From contig VBJD01000034.1 of the NCBI GenBank assembly GCA_005887995.1, forward strand, positions 1 through 56,479: a stretch of DNA of 56,479 nucleotides, read 5' to 3'. A program made the translations under genes and the position numbers. The notes under the pieces were generated by a model. The model ran no database searches, was not told the origin of the DNA, and saw only the letters and a program-made list of their open reading frames with translations. This DNA comes from Chloroflexota bacterium (lineage in GTDB: Bacteria > Chloroflexota > Limnocylindria > P2-11E). Below, one piece after another: positions 1-7,970 of this stretch (its first letter is position 1; every line of letters begins with the position of its first letter).

Positions 1-1745
1 TTCACCGTGTCCCGCACCGTGATCGTCTGGCCGCCGATCGTCCACAGCGTCACCGAGAAGCTGTGCGCCCCGGCGTCGGCGGCGGTGAAGCGGTAGTCAG
101 CGGGTAGGACGACCGTCGGCAGGAGGTCGCTCGATGTGAAGTGAACCGCTCCCCGGTAGCCGCTCGCGACATTGCCGAACTGGTCCGTGAGCGTGACCGT
201 GACAGGGAACGACTGTCCCGCGCGCGCCGAGTTGGGTGCTCCGAGGGTGAGCTTGGCCGCAGCCGCCGGCTGCACTGTCACCGCGACGTTCCCGGTGACG
301 GCTGCCACGACCTTGTCCGTCGCGGTGATCGTCTGAGGCCCGGCCTTCGTGAGCGTCGCGGTGAACGTGCCCTGACCGTTCACGAGCGTGGAATCAGCGG
401 GAAGGACGACGGTCGCAGAGGTGTCGGTGCTCGAGAAGTGCACACGGCCGGCGTAGGCGAGGTCGGTGTTTGCGAATTGATCCTGCGCGATCACCGAGAA
501 CGACAGACTCGTGCCCGCGGTCGGCGTCGGTGTCGCGGTCGACACGATGAGGCGAGTGGCCGGCGCCGCGCTCACCGCGACGTTGGTCGTGGTCGTGAGC
601 GCGCCGTCAGCGGAGGAAACAGTCAGTGTCTGCGGTCCGGCCCTCGTCAGCCGCACGGTGAACGTCCGCTGTCCGTTCGTGAGCGGGGAGTCCGGCGGCA
701 GTGAGACGCCCGCCGACGTGTCGCTGCTCGCGAAGTGGACCGTTCCGCCGTAGCCGGTCACCGGGTCGCCCCGCGCATCCGCGGCGACGACGGTCACGCT
801 GAACGCCGCTCCGGCGGTCGCTGTCGCGGGCGCGGTGACCTTCAGCGAGCGGACCGTCTGCGCGACCGCGACGCTCATCGTTCCGCTGATTCCGGGCGTG
901 CCGACGTCGGTGCCGGTGATCGTCTGGGATCCCGGCGCGACGAGGGTCGCCGTGAACGTCCCCTGGCCCGAGGCCAGCGTGGAGTCTGGCGGTAGGACGA
1001 CCCCCGGCAACGTGTCGCTGCTCGTGAAGCGCACCTTGCCGGCGTAGGCGGTATCAGTGTTCCCGAAGCCGTCAAGCGATGTCACCGTGAAGGGGAAGCT
1101 CGAGCCCGAGGCCGGGCTCGCGCTCGTCGTGAGCGCGAGATGGTCCGCGGCGCGCGCCCCTACCGTGAGAGAGGCGGTCGCAGACGGAAGAGAGCTTGCG
1201 ACGTCGGACGCGGTGACGGTCTGCGCTCCAGCCGTCGTCAGCGTCACGTTGAAGGTCCCCTGCCCGCCGCTGAGCGCGGCGTCCGGCGGCAGCCGCACGG
1301 CCGCCGCGGTGTCGCTGCTCGTGAAGTGGATGGTCCCGCTGTATGACGGCACCGGATTGCCCTGACCATCCACGGCGCTCACGGTCACGCTGAAGGCGTC
1401 TCCCGCCGTGGCCGTCGCGGGACCGCTGATCCGCAGCTGCTCCGCGCGTGGCGCGCTGCTCACGACGACGGTCGCGGTCGCGGACAGCGATCGGGCCGCG
1501 TCGGACACCGTGACAGTCTGCGAGCCGGTTCCCGCGAGGGTGATGGTGAACGTGCCGGTGCCACCACTCAGGGTCGAGTCGGGCGGCAGCACAACGCCCG
1601 GTGAGGTGTCGCTGCTGGTGAAGTGGATCGTTCCGTCGTAGGACGCGACCGGTGCTCCCTGGCCATCCACGGCGGTGACGGTCACCGTGAACGCCGTTCC
1701 TGCGGTCGCGGCGGCGGGCGCGGACAGCGCGAGGCCCTGCACCTC
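1..1745 (-). repeat. Tandem coding repeats, period ~295-297 nt (six units in the window, continuing past position 1)
   Basis: The plus-strand signature gtgaagtgga/gcgaagtgga/gagaagtgca (reverse complement of the HF(T/S)SSD codons) recurs near 139, 436, 731, 1024, 1321 and 1621. Units are diverged at nucleotide level but clearly homologous. Confidence 0.8.
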
Positions 1746-3254
1746 AGGCGCACCGTTCAGGAACGCCGAGAAAAGGTTCGCGGTGACCTGCTGAATGCGC
1801 GGGTCGGCACTGCCATGCCAGAAGCCGTCGAGTGCACGGCTCCACGAGATCGTTCCCGACGAGAACACCCATGCCCGGCTCGGCGCTTGATAGATCGACG
1901 AATTCGCGTAGCTGGCATTGCCTTGGTAGTTGGTGAACGGCGAGTGCGACAGCAGCGTCCAGTTCGGGGAGTTCGGCGGCGCGAACTGCGAGTCGTAACG
2001 ATCCATCTCGTAGCCGACTATGCGCGCGACCGTATCGCCATCTTTCAGCCCGGTGCCGGCGTAGATCCAGTGGGAGCTGTTCGTCACGACGTAATCGGGC
2101 AGCGTGCCGGAAGTCACCATGCCGCCCACGAAAGCCATGACTCCCCGAAGGGCCTGCTCGGGGCGGTTCACTGGCGGGCTGCGGAATGCGACGGTCGTCG
2201 TCGGTCCGTTGACCGGATCGATCGCCGCGCTCTTGTAGCAGATCATCACGCGATTCGGCAGCCCTGACGCGGAAGGCTCGAACCGCACCTGAACGCTCCC
2301 GGTGTCCGCGGCGAAGAACGCGAGATTCACGCCCGCGTCGCGCGCGCCCTCGATCGCATCGAAGATCTCCTTCGACCAGTACTCGTCATGTCCGACCGAG
2401 AGGAACGCTTTGTGATTCCGCAGGGAAGCGCCGTCCGCGTGCGTATCGACGTTCGTCGAATATGTGACGTCGTAGCCCATTCGCTCTATCCAACGGATGA
2501 ACTCCATCTCGTCGGCTTGAGGGAAGCCGAAATCGGCGTACGGTCGATCGAAGGAGACTTTGACCGCGCGTGTCTCGCCGGAGATGGTGTTCGCTCCGTA
2601 GCTGTTGTAGGTGTAAAGGCTTTTGCCGGTGCGGCCGTCGTTGGGGTAGTTGTTGTAGGCCTGGTTGGTCATGATGTTCTGCTGATAGAGAAAAGGCGCG
2701 GGTCGATCGTCGCGGACCACGAACAGGACGTAGTTCTGGAATCCCTGCGCGTTGGTGAGAAGTCCGAGATACACGCCACTGGTCCAGTCGCTCGGAACGC
2801 TCAGCGTGTAGCTTGCGCTCCAATCGCACGCGATGAGTCCGGTGGTCGCATCCGGCACGCACGGCGACTGCGTCGTCCCGCTCAGCGACCCCTCATGCAG
2901 TCGGAGGCGTGCGCCGGTCCCCTGGTACCAGCCCAGACGATAGATATCCAGCGCGTAGGTCTGGGACGGATTTACGGTGACGTAGAGAGTGATGGTCTCG
3001 TTCTGCCTGACGCTCGTCGCGGACCAATACCCCTTGATCTGACCGGTCGCGTCGCCGGCGGCGTTCGGTCCGGGAAGCCAGCCGAACGTTCCCGCCTGAC
3101 GGTTCTCCACGACGATCGGGTTGTCCGGCTGGGCCGCCGTGACCGCCGACGACGTCGACGTAGTCCGCGCCGCGCTCGGGAGCGCCGGGCCCGCGCCGAC
3201 CGATATGCACAGGGCAATCAAGGTTCCGACGACGAATCGGGCCGGGGGCGGCAT
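1..3254 (-). CDS. Large secreted protein, 3'-truncated by the window edge: signal peptide + N,N-dimethylformamidase-beta-like (DMFA2_C-type) domain + at least six tandem ~98-aa Ig-like repeats
   Basis: ATG at 3254 (minus) opens a frame I translated by hand with no stop down to position 1, so it is absent from the ORF track. The N-terminus MPPPARFVVGTLIALCISVGAGPALP looks like a signal peptide. The next ~480 aa (NPIVVENRQAGTFGW, GYEMDRYD) resemble the DMFA2-like family. The C-terminal part repeats the motif AG.AFSVTV.AVD..GNPV..Y.GT(I/V)HFTSSD...LP.D..L..G.GTF.VTL..AG.QT(V/I)T. Confidence 0.75.
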   Translation of the reverse strand, partial: MPPPARFVVGTLIALCISVGAGPALPSAARTTSTSSAVTAAQPDNPIVVENRQAGTFGWLPGPNAAGDATGQIKGYWSATSVRQNETITLYVTVNPSQTYALDIYRLGWYQGTGARLRLHEGSLSGTTQSPCVPDATTGLIACDWSASYTLSVPSDWTSGVYLGLLTNAQGFQNYVLFVVRDDRPAPFLYQQNIMTNQAYNNYPNDGRTGKSLYTYNSYGANTISGETRAVKVSFDRPYADFGFPQADEMEFIRWIERMGYDVTYSTNVDTHADGASLRNHKAFLSVGHDEYWSKEIFDAIEGARDAGVNLAFFAADTGSVQVRFEPSASGLPNRVMICYKSAAIDPVNGPTTTVAFRSPPVNRPEQALRGVMAFVGGMVTSGTLPDYVVTNSSHWIYAGTGLKDGDTVARIVGYEMDRYDSQFAPPNSPNWTLLSHSPFTNYQGNASYANSSIYQAPSRAWVFSSGTISWSRALDGFWHGSADPRIQQVTANLFSAFLNGAPEVQGLALSAPAAATAGTAFTVTVTAVDGQGAPVASYDGTIHFTSSDTSPGVVLPPDSTLSGGTGTFTITLAGTGSQTVTVSDAARSLSATATVVVSSAPRAEQLRISGPATATAGDAFSVTVSAVDGQGNPVPSYSGTIHFTSSDTAAAVRLPPDAALSGGQGTFNVTLTTAGAQTVTASDVASSLPSATASLTVGARAADHLALTTSASPASGSSFPFTVTSLDGFGNTDTAYAGKVRFTSSDTLPGVVLPPDSTLASGQGTFTATLVAPGSQTITGTDVGTPGISGTMSVAVAQTVRSLKVTAPATATAGAAFSVTVVAADARGDPVTGYGGTVHFASSDTSAGVSLPPDSPLTNGQRTFTVRLTRAGPQTLTVSSADGALTTTTNVAVSAAPATRLIVSTATPTPTAGTSLSFSVIAQDQFANTDLAYAGRVHFSSTDTSATVVLPADSTLVNGQGTFTATLTKAGPQTITATDKVVAAVTGNVAVTVQPAAAAKLTLGAPNSARAGQSFPVTVTLTDQFGNVASGYRGAVHFTSSDLLPTVVLPADYRFTAADAGAHSFSVTLWTIGGQTITVRDTV

Positions 3255-3715
3255 CACTCTTTCGGGACGACCACGTCGAGCGCCGGCGCCATCCCAGCGG
3301 TCGAGGGGCGGGCCGTGAGCTCGGTGGCCAACCGCCACATGCAACGAGGAGACGATTGAGGTGCGTTGCGCGATCGACATGACGCTCGGCAGCGCGAGAG
3401 GCGCTCGGCATGCGGCCAGCGCTCTGTCTCCAACAAGGCATCAAGGGCGGCTCAATAGGCGCATCTCTCCGGGTCCGGGCGACGCACCGGATCTCGCCGG
3501 ACATGCTCTATCTCCAACGATCGCGCTCGGTATGCCTTGAAGCGGGTTCCACGTCGGCCCCCGGGATGTGAGCCCGGGACCGCTCACGTCTGAGGACTGC
3601 GGGAAGCTCTCACGCGCGAGCACGGCGGATTGCCGCAGAAGAGCGAGAAGCAGATCGCCGAGCGCTTTCGATTTCGGTCTCACCACCGATAGAACAGGCG
3701 TGCTAATATGCGTCA

Positions 3716-4696
3716 GTGCGAGAGCCTCTTCTACCGAGTGGCATACCCGAGCCGCTGAACCGGGAGCTTCTCGCGTGGGCCGCGGGGTTCTTCGATGGAG
3801 AGGGCTCGACGATTGCCCGCAGCGACCGTCGGCGACCGAATTACTACCAGCTGGAGCTCAGTGTTCCGCAACGTGGACCCGACGGTATTCCCGAGGTACT
3901 AGTTAAGTTCCAGCGCGCGATGCTCGGCATGGGGACGATCTCGCTGCGGAATAAGGGTGAGATGTAGAAGTGGGTGACTCGAGGTCGCGTCGCTTCGCAA
4001 ATCGGACTCGCTCTGATGTGGCCATGGCTCGGACCCGTGAAGCGCGTTCAAGCGCAGATCGCTGTCGATCGCATTGCGGATCAGTACCAGCGCCTCCGAT
4101 CGCGCAAGCCGCGCTATGACCCGACTCTGATCGCTCATGAGGACTCGGACGGAACGGACGATTCGTGCCTCGCGCGCGCGTGGGCAGCTGGTTTTCTCGA
4201 TGGGGAGGGCTACTTCGGCAATCCGAGGCAGCACGTACGAAAGGACGGAAGCATTGCGCTCAGAGTGCGGGCCTCTGCGACTCAGCATGGTGAAGTCGGC
4301 GTCCCGGCTGACGTGCTCATGTGAATGCACAAGATCCTCGGCGGCCGGATCGAGCGCCATGGCCAACCAGATGATTTCAAATGGGTGGTCGAGGGCTCGC
4401 TGAATGTGCGTCGCGTCCTTGAGGAAGTCCGGCCATGGTTGGGCCACATCAAGGTCGCGCAGGGAGAGAACGCCCTGGCGGCAGCTGCAGCAATTCGAAT
4501 TCGCGGCGATTCCGAGCGCTGCGTCCGCGGTCACCTGTACGACGGCGTAAGAGTGAAAGCCGATGGGACGGTGCGCCAAACCTGTAGCGCGTGTGCGCGC
4601 ATCACCGAGCGTGAACGACGGATGAGAACGGGGAGCAAACCACGACGAGTGCGCAGCCCATCAGGCGATCCATCGCGCGTCTACGCCTACAGCTGA
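3716..4696 (+). pseudogene. Double-motif LAGLIDADG homing endonuclease with a C-terminal CxxGH...CxxC zinc-ribbon-like tail, interrupted by two in-frame stops (TAG 3965-3967, TGA 4322-4324)
   Basis: ORFs 3716-3967, 3974-4324 and 4325-4696 are all in the same frame. There are two LAGLIDADG motifs, LAWAAGFFDGEGS and ARAWAAGFLDGEGYF. The tail is CVRGHLYDGVRVKADGTVRQTCSAC. Local GC looks lower than the surroundings. Confidence 0.7.
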
Positions 4697-4710
4697 GCGG
4701 GGCTGTCTTG

Positions 4711-4785
4711 TCGGGGTGGTGGGACTCGAACCCACGGCCTTCTGACCCCCAGTCAGATGATCACTCCAAGCTGATCTACACCCCG
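4711..4785 (-). tRNA. tRNA-Pro (anticodon GGG)
   Basis: The minus strand folds as CGGGGTG-TA-GATC..GATC-A-TCTGA-CTGGGGG-TCAGA-AGGCC-GTGGG-TTCGAGT-CCCAC-CACCCCG-A. This is a 75-nt cloverleaf with G37 and no encoded CCA. Confidence 0.9.
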
Positions 4786-4813
4786 TCGCTGACATGGAGT
4801 CTACGTTAGCGAT

Positions 4814-5443
4814 GTGATCGATCGCTCTCGCGAACGCGCTCTCGCTCGTCTTCATTCGCAGATCCGCGCGTGTACGCGATGCGCCGACGCGGGATTCATC
4901 CCGCGCGCGTTTCCGATCGTCGCGGGCAAAGCGAGTGATCGCGTGATGATCGTCGGACAAGCGCCAGGTGCGGTCGAGCTCACGACGGGACTCCCGTTCA
5001 GCGGACGCGCCGGCGCGGAGCTGCGTCGCTGGCTCGCGCGCGCGGGCATCGACGAGGGCCATCTTCCGTACCGCACCGCGATCACGAAGTGCTTTCCCGG
5101 GAAGGCGGCATCGGGTGCGGGTGATCGCAAGCCGAGCCCGCCGGAGATCGCGAATTGCGCGCCGTGGCTCGTGAAGGAACTCGCGCTCGTGCGGCCGAAG
5201 ATCCTCTTGCTCGTCGGTCAACTCGCGATCGAACGCTTCTGGGGCAAGGTCCCCCTGCACGAATCAGTGGGCCGATCGCGACGGGACGGCGATCGCGTCC
5301 TCATCCCGCTGCCGCATCCCAGCGGTGCCTCGCGTTGGCTGAACGACCCAGCGAACCGCGCGCTCCTCGAGCGTGGCCTTCGGATCCTCCGCAGCGAGGT
5401 TCGAGCACTTGACTTTGCAGGGAGCGCAGGCAAAATGGCTTAG
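4814..5443 (+). CDS. Uracil-DNA glycosylase superfamily protein (family 4/5-like, Fe-S type)
   Basis: It carries GQAPG (motif A), HPSGAS (motif B), and four Cys (CTRC, KC, NC) in the pattern of Fe-S UDGs. Confidence 0.8.
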   Translation: MIDRSRERALARLHSQIRACTRCADAGFIPRAFPIVAGKASDRVMIVGQAPGAVELTTGLPFSGRAGAELRRWLARAGIDEGHLPYRTAITKCFPGKAASGAGDRKPSPPEIANCAPWLVKELALVRPKILLLVGQLAIERFWGKVPLHESVGRSRRDGDRVLIPLPHPSGASRWLNDPANRALLERGLRILRSEVRALDFAGSAGKMA

Positions 5444-5483
5444 AGCACGTGACGCTCACAGTGCATCTCACGCAGGAGCCGCA

Positions 5484-5747
5484 GTGGCAAGGTCTCAGCC
5501 GCGCGCCGACGAGCACGCCCCAGATCAAGAGGAGTTCCTCACGACGGACGAGGTCGCGCGGCGGCTCCGCGTCCATCCCACGACCATCCTGCGCCGCCTT
5601 GGCGCGGTGGACGACCCAGACCCCACGCGCATCCCAGCGGTGCGGGTCGGTCGCGTCTGGCGCATCCCACGGAAAGAGTTCGAGGAATGGCTCGCGCGAT
5701 CGAGCCAGGTTTCGCGCCTGGCCGGCCGTCAGCGACGCCTCTTCTGA
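5484..5747 (+). CDS. Excisionase-family (MerR-like) helix-turn-helix DNA-binding protein
   Basis: The sequence FLTTDEVARRLRVHPTTILRRLG...VRVGRVWRIPRKEFEEWL matches the excisionase-type HTH pattern. I chose GTG 5484 because AGGAG sits 5 nt upstream and it avoids overlap with the UDG gene. The track ORF starts at 5373. Confidence 0.6.
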   Translation: MARSQPRADEHAPDQEEFLTTDEVARRLRVHPTTILRRLGAVDDPDPTRIPAVRVGRVWRIPRKEFEEWLARSSQVSRLAGRQRRLF

Positions 5748-5789
5748 AGTGGCGCACCAGACACTCTCGTGGGAAGGGAGGTGATTTGA

Positions 5790-5831
5790 ATGCCGGCAAA
5801 GAAGAAGGGCGGAAAGAAGAAGAAGAAGTAA
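5790..5831 (+). CDS. 13-codon polylysine micro-ORF MPAKKKGGKKKKK (speculative; a leader peptide or tiny basic protein)
   Basis: GGGAGG/GGAGG at 5776-5781 sits 8 nt upstream of ATG 5790. The ORF has nine AAG codons and ends with TAA at 5829-5831. The purine run is unusual in this GC-rich context. Confidence 0.3.
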   Translation: MPAKKKGGKKKKK

Positions 5832-5852
5832 TTCTTCTGACCTTGTGGTGAC

Positions 5853-5874
5853 GGCGCCGCGGGCGGGCGGCGCC
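5853..5874 (+). terminator. GC hairpin GGCGCCGC-GGGCGG-GCGGCGCC (no U-tract)
   Basis: It is a perfect 8-bp stem with a 6-nt loop, 22 nt downstream of the micro-ORF stop. Confidence 0.3.
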
Positions 5875-5996
5875 TGAACCGAACCGGCCTTGTCAGCGAG
5901 CCCGACCCTGCTTTCACCGAGCTGATCCCCGAGTACTCCCCCGTAGCCCCTTCGGGGGGATAACAACGAAACCGTTACGTTCGTTCGCCCTAGCAC

Positions 5997-7655
5997 ATGC
6001 ACAGACACCGGGTGGGTGTCCGCATCGTGCGGGTGCTTGCTCTTCTCCCGTTCTTGTCACTGGGCGTGTTCTTCGTCGCTCCGACGAACGTCGCGAACGC
6101 CGACGTTGTCAGCGCTGCGGCGATGCTCCAGCGCCACAACGAGCTGCGCTTCGCCGTCGGCGCGCCGACGCTCACGGCCGACCCGCGGATCGTCACCGCG
6201 GCGCAGAACCACGCGAACTACAACAGCGCGAACCGGATCGTCGGGCACTTCGAGACCGCGGGCCTTCCGTACTACACGGGTTACGCGCCGCGCGACCGCG
6301 TGCTCGCCGCCGGCCTGAACGCGACGTTCGTGAGCGAAGTCGCGACGTCATTCGGCGGCGCGCTCAACGGCGTGCAGCAGCTGTGGGACGCGCCGTATCA
6401 CCGACTTGGTCTCATGCATCCATCCGCGAGCTCGGCAGGTTGGGGACACGCGGACCTCGTGGGTAGCGCGACGGTCGCGGACATCACCTACGACTTCGGC
6501 ATCCGCAGCGTGAACTACGTCCGCTCGCCCGCGAACGGTCAGACGAACATCCCAACGTCGTGGAGCGGCAATGAATCCCCGAGCCCGCTGCCGTCCGGCG
6601 TCTCCGGCCCCGTCGGCTACCCGATCATGCTCGTGTACTCGGGCGGACAGAACGTCGACATGCGCGCCGCCGAGATCGTCGCGCCGGATGGCTCACGCGT
6701 GCCGATCTACTACGCGCCGCAGCAGTTCGAGCGCGACTACTACGTGATCATCCCGCAGCGCCCGCTCGCGACGAACACGACGTATCACGTGCGCTTCGAC
6801 ATCAACGTGGGCTCGGTCATGGTCACCAACGAGTGGAACTTCAGCACTGGGTCGACCATCTCGGGTGGTGGCACGACCGCCATCGCGCCGACCGACAACG
6901 GCTTGCACTCGGCGTGGGTCTCGCAGACGCCGACCGGCGCGATGCAGGCCGCGGCGACGACGACCGTCACGCTCTCGTTCCGCAACACGGGGACCAAGAC
7001 GTGGACGAAGGGCGTCGCCGGTAGCCAGGTCACGCTGGCGATCAACGGCGATAGCGCGGCCTACTCGAACATGGGCATGAACGTCGGCTGGCCGTCGGCG
7101 AACCGCGTCGCGGTCCAGAACGAAGCGGTGATCGGCCCGGGCGGCACCGCGACATTCACGTTCACGACGCGCGCGCCGTTCGCGGCCGGCACGGTGAGTC
7201 TGCCGCTCCGTCTCGTCGTCGACGGAGTCGCGTGGCTCGAGGACCAGGGCGTCTTCGTGCCGATCACGACGATCGTCGACTACCACAGCCGCTGGGCATC
7301 GCAGTCGGCGTATCCGACGCTTCGCGCCGGCCAGGTCAGTGGCTCGCTGACGATCGCCTTCCGCAACACGGGATCGCAGAGCTGGACCAAGGGCATCCTC
7401 GGCCAGGAGGCGCGCCTCGCCGTGAACCGTGACGTCACGACATGGGCGGGCCTCGGCGTCAACTGGATGTCCGCCAACCGTGTGGCCGCGCAGACCGAAT
7501 CGAGCGTCGGCGCGGGTGGGACCGCGACGTTCACCTTCCAGGTGATCGCGCCGAGCACGCCGGGAACGTACGCGATCAACCTGCGTCCGGTCATCGACGG
7601 CGTCACCTGGATGGAAGACGAGGGCGTCTTCCTCTACGTCACCGTCATCCCATAG
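5997..7655 (+). CDS. Secreted CAP/SCP (PR-1-like) domain protein with two C-terminal NBR1-like Ig-fold repeats
   Basis: There is a hydrophobic signal, LALLPFLSLGVFFVAPTNVANA. The CAP-like region includes MLQRHNELR...HANY...GHFE...PYHRLGLMHP. Two ~120-aa repeats contain (L/I)(S/A)FRNTG(T/S).(T/S)WTKG...GGTATFTF. Confidence 0.75.
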   Translation: MHRHRVGVRIVRVLALLPFLSLGVFFVAPTNVANADVVSAAAMLQRHNELRFAVGAPTLTADPRIVTAAQNHANYNSANRIVGHFETAGLPYYTGYAPRDRVLAAGLNATFVSEVATSFGGALNGVQQLWDAPYHRLGLMHPSASSAGWGHADLVGSATVADITYDFGIRSVNYVRSPANGQTNIPTSWSGNESPSPLPSGVSGPVGYPIMLVYSGGQNVDMRAAEIVAPDGSRVPIYYAPQQFERDYYVIIPQRPLATNTTYHVRFDINVGSVMVTNEWNFSTGSTISGGGTTAIAPTDNGLHSAWVSQTPTGAMQAAATTTVTLSFRNTGTKTWTKGVAGSQVTLAINGDSAAYSNMGMNVGWPSANRVAVQNEAVIGPGGTATFTFTTRAPFAAGTVSLPLRLVVDGVAWLEDQGVFVPITTIVDYHSRWASQSAYPTLRAGQVSGSLTIAFRNTGSQSWTKGILGQEARLAVNRDVTTWAGLGVNWMSANRVAAQTESSVGAGGTATFTFQVIAPSTPGTYAINLRPVIDGVTWMEDEGVFLYVTVIP

Positions 7656-7666
7656 CAGTGACCGGC

Positions 7667-7689
7667 GGAGGGCCGTGGCACGGCCCTCC
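7667..7689. terminator. Bidirectional hairpin between convergent genes (GGAGGGCCG-TGGCA-CGGCCCTCC)
   Basis: It is a perfect 9-bp GC-rich stem with a 5-nt loop, lying between the stop at 7655 (+) and the stop at 7720 (-). Confidence 0.55.
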
Positions 7690-7719
7690 TCCCATCGATC
7701 AGCTCGAGCCCATCAGCAG

Positions 7720-7932
7720 CTAGCGCGGCGAGTCGGTGAACTTCACCTCGAAGATCTCTTTGCATTTCGGACATCTGACCGTCGCCGCGTAGGGCGGGTT
7801 CGGCGGAACGTCGAGATGCTCGCGCGTCACGAAGCGCGGCCCGACCGCGGTGTTGCAGTACGGGCACTTCACTTCGTACTCGAGGAAGGCGCGGCGATCG
7901 ACCTCGATGCGCCTGCGCTGATCGACGCTCAT
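7720..7932 (-). CDS. Small zinc-ribbon protein (two CxxC pairs)
   Basis: The 70-aa ORF carries CPYC...CPKC. It fits compactly between neighbours and has normal-looking composition. Confidence 0.55.
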   Translation of the reverse strand: MSVDQRRRIEVDRRAFLEYEVKCPYCNTAVGPRFVTREHLDVPPNPPYAATVRCPKCKEIFEVKFTDSPR

Positions 7933-7970
7933 GCGCGGACGAGTCTAGGTTCCCCGATACTTCTCCACGA

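Noticed and set aside
1-1745. The ~295-nt tandem periodicity could be a CRISPR array or a non-coding satellite.
   Set aside because: The period is far too long. There is no short-repeat/unique-spacer structure, and the units translate in frame into a conserved Ig-like protein repeat.
3716-4785. The LAGLIDADG ORF could be the resident of a group I intron or intein associated with the neighbouring tRNA-Pro.
   Set aside because: The tRNA-Pro is intact and uninterrupted, and lies on the opposite strand. No host exon or extein reading frame flanks the ORF.
5729-5917. A minus-strand 62-aa ORF containing FFFFFPPFFF.
   Set aside because: It is simply the antisense translation of the AAG (lysine) run. 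It has no SD and an implausible composition.
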